Shown piece after piece: positions 46,288 to 55,505 of a DNA stretch of 64,000 nucleotides (positions are counted from its first letter, which is position 1; every line of letters begins with the position of its first letter). Location: IMG/VR virus record IMGVR_UViG_3300049988_000245, positions 64,001-128,000 of that record; one strand, 5' to 3'. This DNA is from a virus. Lineage: Duplodnaviria; Caudoviricetes. The notes below the pieces were generated by a model. That model was not told the origin of the DNA and searched no databases. It worked only from the letters and a program-made list of their open reading frames with translations. Both the position numbers and the translations under genes were made by a program.

Positions 46288-46810
46288 CCTTCTCGCGGCC
46301 GGTGCTGCCGCGATCACCGGTCTGTTCGGCGCCAAGTCGGCTCAGGCGGCGCCCTCGGGCGCTCTCACTCTGGACGAAGCCACGCGGATCGTCGTCGGCA
46401 ACGTTCGTAATCCGCCTGCCCCGGAGGAGATTCAGCGTCTCATCGCGGGGATCAATATGCAGGTAATGAACCGGCTTACCCAAGCTGGCATCGTTGACCC
46501 GCAATACGTAATGACGAGCGCCGTGGTTCGCTTCCGGGGGCAGGTGGTCGAGGCCAAGACACGTAGGCTCTCTTCGCGTTACACGTTCGGAGAGAATGTC
46601 CCGCCGATCGTGCAGGCCGAGGTCGAAGCCACGTTGGTCGAGAGCATCGTGCAGGAGATCACCGCAGAGTTGGTCCGGCCCGAGAACAAGGGTATCCAGT
46701 ATTGTCCATACGAGTTGGTCACCAGTTCCGGGGTCATCCTCGATCCGGAAACGCTCAACCCCACGATATTCTTTCTGACCCGTTTTGGGACCTTCGTGAA
46801 AGCCGCATAG
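46274..46810 (+). CDS. Mini gp23-like protein with Tat signal peptide
   Basis: VEAKTRRLSSRYTF, QEITAEL, YCPYELVTSSGVILDPETLNPTIFFLTRFG; leader MERRSLLAAGAAAITGLFGAKSAQA. Confidence 0.82.
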   Translation: MERRSLLAAGAAAITGLFGAKSAQAAPSGALTLDEATRIVVGNVRNPPAPEEIQRLIAGINMQVMNRLTQAGIVDPQYVMTSAVVRFRGQVVEAKTRRLSSRYTFGENVPPIVQAEVEATLVESIVQEITAELVRPENKGIQYCPYELVTSSGVILDPETLNPTIFFLTRFGTFVKAA

Positions 46811-46842
46811 AGTCCTGGCATCCGACCACACATGAGGAAGCG

Positions 46843-47250
46843 TTGGGCGTTCTCTTGAAGAATGCCCAACGCGACAAGCCGCGTTCGCGCATCGAACAGG
46901 TCGTTGAATGTATCAACCGGCGTGTTTTCGAAAATGTTCGGGAGATCATCAACCCACGTCTGGTCATGGTCGAGCGCGTCATGATGCTCGATTGGGCCGT
47001 CGAGGCTCGGACTCGGAATCTTCGGACACACATGGACTGCGCCGATTTTCGCCAGAGCGGCTACGTCCCCGAGATGATCGAGGCGGCCATTGACGGTATC
47101 ACGGGTGAAATTCTGGAGATGCAGGCCGGGACGAGTTTATCGTACTGTCCCTACGCGCTGGTGACCGGGCACGAGCAAATTGTCGATCCGACCACCTCTG
47201 GTGAATACGTCTATTTCCGTACCTGTTACGGATTGTACGAGCTACCTTAG
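46843..47250 (+). CDS. Mini gp23-like protein (third paralogue)
   Basis: VEARTRNL, YCPYALV..IVDPTT..VYFRTCYG; start uncertain (TTG after GAGGA). Confidence 0.7.
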   Translation: MGVLLKNAQRDKPRSRIEQVVECINRRVFENVREIINPRLVMVERVMMLDWAVEARTRNLRTHMDCADFRQSGYVPEMIEAAIDGITGEILEMQAGTSLSYCPYALVTGHEQIVDPTTSGEYVYFRTCYGLYELP

Positions 47251-47507
47251 CTGTTGAGCGCGCGCAGCAGGCTGTCGAAGCCGTGGCCTCGTGCGCGCCC
47301 CTTCAGGAAGCGCCACTTGCCCGTGCTGGGCCAGTAATCGACAGACTCGATAATGCGAAGGTGAGGCCCGTGGGGGCTCAACTCGCGAACCATGAAGCCC
47401 AAATGCTCCAGCTTCGCGATCTGCTCTGGCGCCTTGTCTGCGCGCTCCTGGCGCTGTTCCTTACGGTGCGCACGCAGGTCGTTGAAGATGTCTCCCATGT
47501 CGCCCAT
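47247..47507 (-). CDS. Conserved small phage protein
   Basis: MGDMGDIF...VDYWPSTGKW motif. Confidence 0.75.
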   Translation of the reverse strand: MGDMGDIFNDLRAHRKEQRQERADKAPEQIAKLEHLGFMVRELSPHGPHLRIIESVDYWPSTGKWRFLKGRARGHGFDSLLRALNS

Positions 47508-47510
47508 GAT

Positions 47511-47960
47511 TCAGCCCTCGATCTCGCCAACCTCGTAGTGATTCCCCACCTTACCACCATATTTGATTCGGAAGTGAAATGCATCGTTCGGATTCCCGAA
47601 AAAGAACACGTTGGTTAACGGGAGAACCTTGCCGTACTCGATTGGCATCTGGGATCGGAACAGGCTCACCCGCATGTGCCAGAGCGAAGATACGTTCTCG
47701 ATGATCCACTCGTGCATCTCGCGATCGTACGGATGCGCGTACAGCGTCACCATATGGGGGAACGTTTCTTCCACCCAGGCCCAATACTGCTTGTTATTGG
47801 ACGTGTTGAGTTCGTCCTTGGCGTGAACCCGTTTTGTTTCCGGGTCCATCACCGCCAGCGGATGGATATGGCCCTGGATGATGTAGAGACGGCGCAATAA
47901 CTTACGTCGTAAAATTCTTGTTATTCGAAATAATCTTGCTAGTAGCACGTTTACCCCCAT
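47511..47960 (-). CDS. FxLRW-family protein
   Basis: WIIENV...FFFGNPNDAFHFRIKYG; start uncertain. Confidence 0.65.
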   Translation of the reverse strand: MGVNVLLARLFRITRILRRKLLRRLYIIQGHIHPLAVMDPETKRVHAKDELNTSNNKQYWAWVEETFPHMVTLYAHPYDREMHEWIIENVSSLWHMRVSLFRSQMPIEYGKVLPLTNVFFFGNPNDAFHFRIKYGGKVGNHYEVGEIEG

Positions 47961-48160
47961 GACATTTTGAATTCCAGGGCTGTCGTATCGTTTTTGATCA
48001 AGACATTTCCACAAAGTGTAAGTTCCCAATCAAGAAATTCTATTCCTACGTGCTCTTTCAACCACGAGCGAATATTATATCGATCAATCTCAGATTCTGA
48101 AGTGAACATGTGTGGTAAGTCAACGTTGTGATTTGCAATTTTGTGATATCGAAACCTCAT
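47951..48160 (-). CDS. FxLRW-family small protein
   Basis: WLKEHVG...KNDTTALEFKMSWG. Confidence 0.8.
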   Translation of the reverse strand: MRFRYHKIANHNVDLPHMFTSESEIDRYNIRSWLKEHVGIEFLDWELTLCGNVLIKNDTTALEFKMSWG

Positions 48161-48414
48161 CCCCACCTCACGCGAAACGCCGTGGCATCGACATCTGTCG
48201 AGATGTCGATGGTCGTCATGTCGGCGCGCCAGCGGGGTACGACCGGCTTCACCCCGTAGGCGTAGTCGGGCGGGCCGAACTGCTCGCGGCACCAATGGAT
48301 CGCCTCGATCATGTTGGCGTTCGTGGTGAAATAGGTTGGGGAAACAATCATCTCGAAACCGAACGGGTATTTGGTTCCCTTCAGCCGATAAAGCGGTTTG
48401 AACTTGATCTCCAT
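48157..48414 (-). CDS. FxLRW-family small protein
   Basis: WCREQFG...STDVDATAFRVRWG. Confidence 0.8.
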   Translation of the reverse strand: MEIKFKPLYRLKGTKYPFGFEMIVSPTYFTTNANMIEAIHWCREQFGPPDYAYGVKPVVPRWRADMTTIDISTDVDATAFRVRWG

Positions 48415-48662
48415 CAGCACCACCGCATTTTGAAGGCGAGCGCATCGGGCTCATTTTGGAATACAATATGGAATCCGTTGCACCGGAACGCTTCGCTTTG
48501 GTATCCGATTTGATCCATGCACCAGCGTAAGGCGAGGTCGCGCGTCTCGTAGTAGCTATCTCCGTCGAAGACATGCTGTTTTAGAGAGAACTGATACGGG
48601 TAGGTTAGTTTCCGCCCTTTCCGGTCCTCGAATACAGTCGGCTCTTGAAACCAGTCCACCAT
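48414..48662 (-). CDS. FxLRW-family small protein
   Basis: YPYQF..WCMDQIG...FQNEPDALAFKMRWC. Confidence 0.8.
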   Translation of the reverse strand: MVDWFQEPTVFEDRKGRKLTYPYQFSLKQHVFDGDSYYETRDLALRWCMDQIGYQSEAFRCNGFHIVFQNEPDALAFKMRWC

Positions 48663-48928
48663 CAGCAGTACCTCAACTTGAATTCGAGCGCCTGTGGGAG
48701 GTCTCGCATATAAATGGTTCCACGGTGTCCGACGCGCCAATCCTTTCCGTGCGGGCCGACGTTCTCGACCAGCCATTCGGCGATGAAATCGGGTGTGTAA
48801 TCGGCACCGGCCCCAATATCAGGATTGGTGGTTTCAACGCAGCCCGTTCCGAACACCAGCCGATGATGGCGTGGTTGGAACATGTGCTCGTTCGCGTTCA
48901 CCACGTGATGGTATGAGATTCTGGTCAT
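48662..48928 (-). CDS. FxLRW-family small protein
   Basis: WLVENVG...MRDLPQALEFKLRYC. Confidence 0.8.
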   Translation of the reverse strand: MTRISYHHVVNANEHMFQPRHHRLVFGTGCVETTNPDIGAGADYTPDFIAEWLVENVGPHGKDWRVGHRGTIYMRDLPQALEFKLRYC

Positions 48929-48958
48929 TTTACGAATATGACCGGAATTGTTAGTTTG

Positions 48959-49405
48959 TCAATTCCCGTAGTACCAGAACAGGAACGAGCGCTTACCATC
49001 CTCGCCCTTGTCGATCTGGAAGCCGAAATCGTTGTCGATCATCTCCTGAAGCATCGCTCCAAGAGCAGGTACGCCCGCGATTTTACAGAGGTCAATGAAA
49101 TCCTTGTCCGATTCGTATCCACCGAAGTTGTGACCCCGCATGGCTGTGGAGAAGGGTTCTTCGATGCCATCCGGTAGAGGAATCTTGTAGTACTCCATTT
49201 GCGTGATCGTACGATCTTCCATCATGATCGCCTCAAGGTTCTCCAGGGTGATCAGTTGGGCGAACTCCTCCAAAATGATACGGGATTCGACCGCTGCCAG
49301 GGCCTGCTTCTCTTTGGCTGCGCGGATAAGTCGATCGCGCTCCTCAAATTTGTTATGGGCGATCATGCTGGCGTAGGCCGAGCCGAGTTGCTTCAATTTG
49401 CTCAT
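48959..49405 (-). CDS. Hypothetical protein
   Basis: 148-aa ORF, GAG SD. Confidence 0.7.
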   Translation of the reverse strand: MSKLKQLGSAYASMIAHNKFEERDRLIRAAKEKQALAAVESRIILEEFAQLITLENLEAIMMEDRTITQMEYYKIPLPDGIEEPFSTAMRGHNFGGYESDKDFIDLCKIAGVPALGAMLQEMIDNDFGFQIDKGEDGKRSFLFWYYGN

Positions 49406-49424
49406 CTCAAATGCTCATAAAAGA

Positions 49425-49446
49425 GGAGCGGGGTTTCCCCCGCTCC
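49425..49446 (-). terminator. Terminator after nrdA
   Basis: GGAGCGGGG-TTTC-CCCCGCTCC stem, T-run on minus strand. Confidence 0.75.
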
Positions 49447-49453
49447 GGTCCAT

Positions 49454-51922
49454 TCAAATCCGGCAGGCGTCGCACTCTTCTTCGTCTGCGGAGATATTTT
49501 CGTCTTCGGCGACAGCTTCCTTCGCGTGAACGTCGATCTCACCGGCGGAATCATTGGTGTTGTTGTAGTAGAGTGTCTTACCGCCCCACTTGTAGTGCAG
49601 CATGATGTGCTTTAGCAGTTCTGACATCGGCACGCGATCGTCTTCGTAGAACTTCGGGTTATACGAGGTGTTAACCGAAATGGCCTGATCGATGTACTTC
49701 TGAAGAATCGCGCAAAGCTGAAGGTAGCCGAGCGGGCTCTTCTGGTCCCAGAGGAGTTCGTAGTTCTTCTTGAGCTTGCGAATCTCAGGAACGACCTGCT
49801 TGAGCACGCCGTGCTTGGACTGCTTCACCGAGACGTACGAGCGCGGCGCTTCGATTCCGTTGGTCGCGTTGGCGATCTGGGCGGAGGTCTCGGCGGGCAT
49901 CAGCGCCATCAGCGTGGCATTGCGGATTCCATACTTCTTCAGGTCGGCGCGGAGAGAATCCCAATCCAGGCGCTCTTCGTGGGCGATCAATTCGTCCACT
50001 TCGGCCTTGCGGGTGTCGATCGGGACGATGCCTCGATGATATTTTGTATTTTTGGAGAGTAGGCAAGCGCCCTTCTCCTTGGCAAGCTCCACCGACGCCT
50101 TAATCAAATAGTACGACCATGCCTCGGCGTACTGATCGACCAGGGCGATACCCGAGCCATCCGTGTACTTGACGCCGTTCTTCGCGAGGAAATACGCGAA
50201 GTTGATGATGCCGATACCGAGCGGACGGTACTCCTGGGTGTGCTTCTGAGCGGCCAGAACAGGGTATTCCTGATGGTCGAGCAGGTTGTCGAGGGCGCGG
50301 ACCGCAAGGCGGCAGATGCGCTCGAAATCGTGCGGCGACTTGATCACGCCCCAATTGATCGCGGAGAGCGTGCACAGGGCGATGCGGGACATGTCGTCCT
50401 CGCGCTCAACCTCGACCATGTTGGTCTTCGAGTACCAGGGCGTACCGGCCTCATCCAAACCGGATTCGGTTTTCACGGAGGAGCCGACCACATTGACGAT
50501 CGCGTTGTTCGCGCGAGCCGCTTCCATGAAGGTCACGAGTTCGGCCACCGGGATCGAGAGGCGCTGCGTCTGCACGGTACCCATCGGGGTCGTGGTGAGG
50601 GTAATCTCGCAGCAGAGGTTCGACATATGGACGGGCGCCACCTTCTCGTCGAACGACGAATGGGTGTTGGCGTTGTCCACGTTCATCAGGTAGATTCGGC
50701 CAGTGTCCTTGCGCTCGTTCACGAACGTGGTGAACAGTTCGAGGGCCTTGACCTTCTTCTTGCGCAGGCGGGTGTTGCGCTCGGCGGTCTCGTAAAGCTG
50801 CTTGAACTTGTCCTGATCGGCGAAGAACGCCTCGTACAGCCCAGGGACATCCGAAGGAGAGAACAGGGTGATCTCACCGCCAGTGATCAGTCGCTCATAG
50901 AAGAGCTTCGAGAACTGAACGCCGTAGTCCATGTGACGGACGCGGTTCTCTTCGACGCCCTTGTTGTTCTTCAGAACGAGGAGGCTTTCCACCTCAAGGT
51001 GCCAGATCGGGTAGTAGAGAGTCGCCGAGCCCTTGCGGACGCCGCCCTGGTTGCAGGAATTCACAGCCGACTGGAAATGCTTGAAGAACGGCGTCAGACC
51101 GGTGTGAGAGGCGTCACCGTTCCGGATGGGCGAGCCGAGCGCGCGGATCGAGCCCGCGCCGATGCCGATACCGGCACGCTGAGATACGTAGTCGATGACG
51201 GCGGCCGAGGTCGCGTTGATCGACTTCAGGGAGTCGCCGCACTCAATCAGGGTGCACGAGGAGTACTGACGCACAGCCGTACGCACGCCCGACATAATCG
51301 GCGTGGGGAGGGAGATTTCGTGCTTCGAGATGGACTCGTAGTAGTCCCGCACCCACTGGAGGCGGGTTTCCTTGGGGTATCGGGCGAACAGCACCGCCGC
51401 GACGAGGATGTAGAGAATCTGTGGGGTCTCAAGAATCTCGCCTGTGACGCGATTCTGGACTAGATACTTGCCGCGCATCTGCTCCATGGCGACGTAGGTC
51501 AGCGCCATGTCTCGCTCATGATTGACGAATCCGCCGATCTCGTCCCACTCGGACTCGGTGTAGTCGGTGAGCAGCGCGGGGTCGTAAAAACCCTTCTCGA
51601 CGTTCGTCTTGATCACGTCGAACAGGCGAAGCGCCTGAAAGCGGCCATGGACCTGCTTGCGCAGATGATAGTTGACCAGACGACCAGCAACGTACTGGTA
51701 GTTGGGGTGATCTTCGGAGATCAGGTCGGCCGCAGCCTTGATCAGAGTCTCTTGAATATCAGAGGTCTTCATACCATCGAAGAACTGAATCTGCGAACGC
51801 AGTTCGACTTCGGATGCGCTGACGCCGGACAAGCCCTCGGTCGCCCAGAAGACGACCTTGTGCAGCTTTTCCAGATTCAGGGGTTCTTTAGTGCCATCAC
51901 GCTTCGTGACGTTGATCTTCAT
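49454..51922 (-). CDS. nrdA: Ribonucleotide reductase class Ia alpha subunit (ATP cone)
   Basis: VTKRDG, LPTPIMSG, YSSCTL, NLCCE, ALCTL, LMPAETS, C-terminal CDAC. Confidence 0.98.
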   Translation of the reverse strand: MKINVTKRDGTKEPLNLEKLHKVVFWATEGLSGVSASEVELRSQIQFFDGMKTSDIQETLIKAAADLISEDHPNYQYVAGRLVNYHLRKQVHGRFQALRLFDVIKTNVEKGFYDPALLTDYTESEWDEIGGFVNHERDMALTYVAMEQMRGKYLVQNRVTGEILETPQILYILVAAVLFARYPKETRLQWVRDYYESISKHEISLPTPIMSGVRTAVRQYSSCTLIECGDSLKSINATSAAVIDYVSQRAGIGIGAGSIRALGSPIRNGDASHTGLTPFFKHFQSAVNSCNQGGVRKGSATLYYPIWHLEVESLLVLKNNKGVEENRVRHMDYGVQFSKLFYERLITGGEITLFSPSDVPGLYEAFFADQDKFKQLYETAERNTRLRKKKVKALELFTTFVNERKDTGRIYLMNVDNANTHSSFDEKVAPVHMSNLCCEITLTTTPMGTVQTQRLSIPVAELVTFMEAARANNAIVNVVGSSVKTESGLDEAGTPWYSKTNMVEVEREDDMSRIALCTLSAINWGVIKSPHDFERICRLAVRALDNLLDHQEYPVLAAQKHTQEYRPLGIGIINFAYFLAKNGVKYTDGSGIALVDQYAEAWSYYLIKASVELAKEKGACLLSKNTKYHRGIVPIDTRKAEVDELIAHEERLDWDSLRADLKKYGIRNATLMALMPAETSAQIANATNGIEAPRSYVSVKQSKHGVLKQVVPEIRKLKKNYELLWDQKSPLGYLQLCAILQKYIDQAISVNTSYNPKFYEDDRVPMSELLKHIMLHYKWGGKTLYYNNTNDSAGEIDVHAKEAVAEDENISADEEECDACRI

Positions 51923-52046
51923 ACCAATATCCATCTGTAAAATGCTCTCTCTAAATTTAAACGGGAGTTATTTACGCGAGTAAAAACCTGTTTAAAGTCA
52001 CAGAGAATAAAGAAAAATCTGAGATAAAATGAGAGAGCAAAGCCTA

Positions 52047-52514
52047 CTAAGGCTTCAGTGGTTCTGCAATTTCTTTGTCGATGATGATGGGGAATTCTGG
52101 TACGGGCAGAGATTCCACATCGAATCCTTCACCCGCGTCGTACGAGAACGAGATATGCGGGTTGTATTCTGGAAAGTCGTACGAGGCGCCACGGCTCATC
52201 GCGAGGTCGAATCGCGTCCGCAGGTACGAGGATTCCAGATGGAGCACCAGAACGGGCTTCTTCGTGTTGTGGTCTTCCCAGACCTCCCAACCGGTTGCTT
52301 TGGCTTCATGACCGATGTCGTGCTCGGCTCGCCAGAAGAGCGGCTTCTTGCTGTACACGATGGTGGTGTGATAGCGAGATGGGACGATTGGATTTTTGAT
52401 CTTGAAGTCATCGACAAACTTTGAGAGGTCTTTGACCGTCTGTTTGTCAAACTTCACGCATACGTACAGGCCGTTTTTCGGCTCTGAGTCTTCCATAATT
52501 TCAGCAAAACGCAT
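52047..52514 (-). CDS. acb1: Anti-CBASS 2H phosphodiesterase (T4 Acb1/gp57B-like)
   Basis: GLYV..KF, NP...YHTTIVYS, LVL.L.S.YL..R, GA.YDFPEYNPHISFSY. Confidence 0.88.
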   Translation of the reverse strand: MRFAEIMEDSEPKNGLYVCVKFDKQTVKDLSKFVDDFKIKNPIVPSRYHTTIVYSKKPLFWRAEHDIGHEAKATGWEVWEDHNTKKPVLVLHLESSYLRTRFDLAMSRGASYDFPEYNPHISFSYDAGEGFDVESLPVPEFPIIIDKEIAEPLKP

Positions 52515-52576
52515 TGGGGGCTCACAAAATGATCCCCCAATGATACTATTCTGACATTCGAATTAGCAATAATCTG

Positions 52577-53032
52577 TTAAGATTTGCAGTCGATGGCTTT
52601 GTAACCTCGACCAACATTCTGCCAGCAAACAAGAATTTCCTTACGAGTATTAGGAATTTCTACAACAGTATCAAACTCATAGTTGAGCCAGAATTTGTTA
52701 TCTACTTGAACAACAAGCATCATATCGGAAAGATCATGATCCTTTACCAGTGCTAGCTTCAAACGAGAGCCGTCCCATCCGGATAGCCTTAGCGTTTGCT
52801 CCATTCCAATCGCTACACTATTGCGGCACCAATCGTTTTCCGCGATCATCTCCCAGATTGTCGGCCACGTCTTCGCATCTTCCGCGTCATAGGCAAAGCG
52901 TGAAAGTGGAGCTTTAGACCAGTGATTGGCGACCCGTGCAAGCTGTTCGTCCTCCGGCATACCCGAGAGGGAATTCCGGAGGTCTTTCCAATCTTTGAGA
53001 CGTTCGCGTGGATTCAATAGAAAAGGATTCAT
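52577..53032 (-). CDS. Conserved jumbo-phage hypothetical protein
   Basis: RL..WK.LR..W..AP..WPT.WE.I. Confidence 0.75.
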   Translation of the reverse strand: MNPFLLNPRERLKDWKDLRNSLSGMPEDEQLARVANHWSKAPLSRFAYDAEDAKTWPTIWEMIAENDWCRNSVAIGMEQTLRLSGWDGSRLKLALVKDHDLSDMMLVVQVDNKFWLNYEFDTVVEIPNTRKEILVCWQNVGRGYKAIDCKS

Positions 53033-53074
53033 AGTACGCATAGTGTAGACCGGACTTTCTATGAAATCGATATA

Positions 53075-55393
53075 TTAGGTACCGAAAGCGCGGATAGTAA
53101 ATTCGAGAGATCGTGGGTCGTACATGGTGCCATTCTGGTTCGGTGTCTTCATAGTGATGCGATTCACTGTGAAATCCTGACCTGTCTTTCTCATAAATTC
53201 CACACGCGTTGACCAGTTATCGTCGAACGTTCCATATTGAGCGCTGGCGGAGACATGTACCGCAGTATCAGGAAGCGGAGTGGTGAAATTGAAAGTAAAC
53301 ACTCCGGTATCCTGTCGAACAATACTGGCGATATTCAGCAGCTTCGACTTTGTATAGTCGATAGTTCCATTATCGTTCACGTAGATGTAACATGCCACCA
53401 ATGGTGCGGTTCCCCCACCGCCCGATCCGCCGCCGGACGACGATCCGGCCGGACCCTGGGGGCCAGCCGGACCTTGAGGACCAGCGGGACCGGCAGGGCC
53501 GGTGGGTCCCGCAGGACCCTGGGGGCCAGCCGGACCGGTCGCTCCAGAGCCCGATCCATCGGCAGACGTTGGGACGAGAAGCCACGCAGAATCTGCACCC
53601 GGTACCGAGGGCGTGTTAGCCTGTAGGCATAGGTATGTTTTGCAATTGTATGTGACTGTATCGGAGTAATAATAGGCTGAACCCGTGGGCACGGACGATG
53701 ATGCAGGAACGTTAATCTGTGAGAAATAGACATTGTCAAACCCACGGAACGAGCTACCGTCCTTACTGTACGAAAATCTAGCAGTATGCGAGCCAACGGC
53801 TAGGGCTCGGCTCGTATACGTTTTATAGTCCGAGTAAACTCCGCTATCTTGAAAATCTTCTACGCCGTCGATTAGGACGCGAAATTTGTCATAAACGTTC
53901 TCAGACTGAAGAAAGTAACGCGCCGTTAAATGGTTATCAACGCCCTCTTCAACGACGAAATCGATGTCAAAGTATGTATTCTCGCTGTTACCGATTGTCT
54001 GCATACGCAAAGCGTTCGACGTTCCGATAGTCACATCCGGCTTAGATTCAACCACCCAATCAGTGTTTGAGAGTGAGAATCGGAAAGAAGACGGGACGGC
54101 GTTGCGATCGGCAAACTGAATGACGCCAGAGGCTAACACCGGAGGAGCGACCCATGCGCCACGGAAGCTGGCTACAGGCGCGGTTGTTCCACTGGACCCA
54201 CCCGTGATCACCACGCTGGCCTTCCCATTGCCTCCATTGGTCACCGTCACGCCGGTACCAGAGAACGCAATCTCGCTCACCGTGCTGATCGAGGTTGCAG
54301 CGGATGAGACCTTGAGTGGAGATACAGGGGCGGCCCCGACCGCCGAGATGGTGATCTCGTTGGTCGTCGTGGCCATGTTAATACCCGTACCCGGACGCAG
54401 GGTGCGGAACTGAATCTCGCGCGACGGCGTGATGGTGGCGAACAGGCCGAGGCCGGAGCCAACGTTCGAGACCGTGTAGTCAGTGCTCGACGTGTCGCCA
54501 TCCTGAAGCACGTTGAAGTCAAGCTTACCCTGGGTGTCGTTATAGGTGACCGAGATGCCAACCTGAACATCACGGGTGACCATTTCACCGACGATGTCTT
54601 CGATGTCCTCGCGCGAGAACTTCGACACGCCCTGGGTGGAGAATTCGCTCGACGTGCTGAAGCCGTTGTCGAATGGGCTCGCCGTGTTGGTGAGCGGTCG
54701 CTCCAGGCGGAACCACAGGTACACCGGGGCATCGAGCGAGGAGCAGTACTGAAGGCGGAAATAACGGTCGCCGATAGCGCCACCACGAATCACACGAAAC
54801 TGCACGTTGTCGTAAGCCAGCGCAGGGTTAATGGCGTCTGGCATAGTTAGGTCGAGACGACGGGCGGTGAGGGCATCGTCCTTGATCAGGGCTTCTTCCG
54901 CATTGGGTTCAGACATGAAACGAAGATGACCCGTGCGCAGAGGGGTGCTGTCGCGGTCGTCTGCTACCACGTGATAGTCGAGTGCTGCGACGATCTCTTC
55001 CCCAGGTAGACGAAAGGCTGAGGCTGTACCGTAAGAGCGCTCGACACGCACGTCAGTCCAGTCATCCACACCCGTTGGTGAGAGGACAGCCTTGAAGAAT
55101 CCACCGGAGCCGATATCACGCTGGAGAAAGCTGAAAATCCGCTGCAACGCGTCAGTGGACGCCTCGGTGAGAATTTCGAGGTTCTGGTACGGGAAAGCAG
55201 TGCGTTTGTAATTGGGTTGCCCATAGCTGGGCGTCTGGCCGATGAAGAGACGGCCAGAATCGACGGTGAACGCGATCTCACCTGTTGCGAGCGCGTTCTC
55301 GAACACCAGGGGCGTGAGGCTCAGTGGCTTGCCGGGCAGGTCCAATTCTGCGCCACGACGGTACTGAAGCTTGCTAACTTGAAAAACTGGCAT
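53075..55393 (-). CDS. Tail-fibre-like virion protein with collagen repeat
   Basis: RRG..L..GEIAFTVD..RLFIG N-terminus; (GPX)n GPAGPQGPAGPTGPAG; TAAATA upstream. Confidence 0.75.
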   Translation of the reverse strand: MPVFQVSKLQYRRGAELDLPGKPLSLTPLVFENALATGEIAFTVDSGRLFIGQTPSYGQPNYKRTAFPYQNLEILTEASTDALQRIFSFLQRDIGSGGFFKAVLSPTGVDDWTDVRVERSYGTASAFRLPGEEIVAALDYHVVADDRDSTPLRTGHLRFMSEPNAEEALIKDDALTARRLDLTMPDAINPALAYDNVQFRVIRGGAIGDRYFRLQYCSSLDAPVYLWFRLERPLTNTASPFDNGFSTSSEFSTQGVSKFSREDIEDIVGEMVTRDVQVGISVTYNDTQGKLDFNVLQDGDTSSTDYTVSNVGSGLGLFATITPSREIQFRTLRPGTGINMATTTNEITISAVGAAPVSPLKVSSAATSISTVSEIAFSGTGVTVTNGGNGKASVVITGGSSGTTAPVASFRGAWVAPPVLASGVIQFADRNAVPSSFRFSLSNTDWVVESKPDVTIGTSNALRMQTIGNSENTYFDIDFVVEEGVDNHLTARYFLQSENVYDKFRVLIDGVEDFQDSGVYSDYKTYTSRALAVGSHTARFSYSKDGSSFRGFDNVYFSQINVPASSSVPTGSAYYYSDTVTYNCKTYLCLQANTPSVPGADSAWLLVPTSADGSGSGATGPAGPQGPAGPTGPAGPAGPQGPAGPQGPAGSSSGGGSGGGGTAPLVACYIYVNDNGTIDYTKSKLLNIASIVRQDTGVFTFNFTTPLPDTAVHVSASAQYGTFDDNWSTRVEFMRKTGQDFTVNRITMKTPNQNGTMYDPRSLEFTIRAFGT

Positions 55394-55505
55394 ATGTCAA
55401 AAAACCCCGTCGTTAACCATTTTGGTTATTTATTCGAAGCTTAAGGGGTTGAGATTTTTCGATTCTGATGTATCGTCGTTGGGCGAAGCTCCTTGCGAGG
55501 ACCCC

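Noticed and set aside
50380-50590. Intein in NrdA
   Set aside because: The insert lacks C/S start and HN/HQ end and is far too short
53440-53560. Tandem DNA repeat as a separate element
   Set aside because: Explained by the Gly-Pro-X collagen codons of the tail-fibre gene
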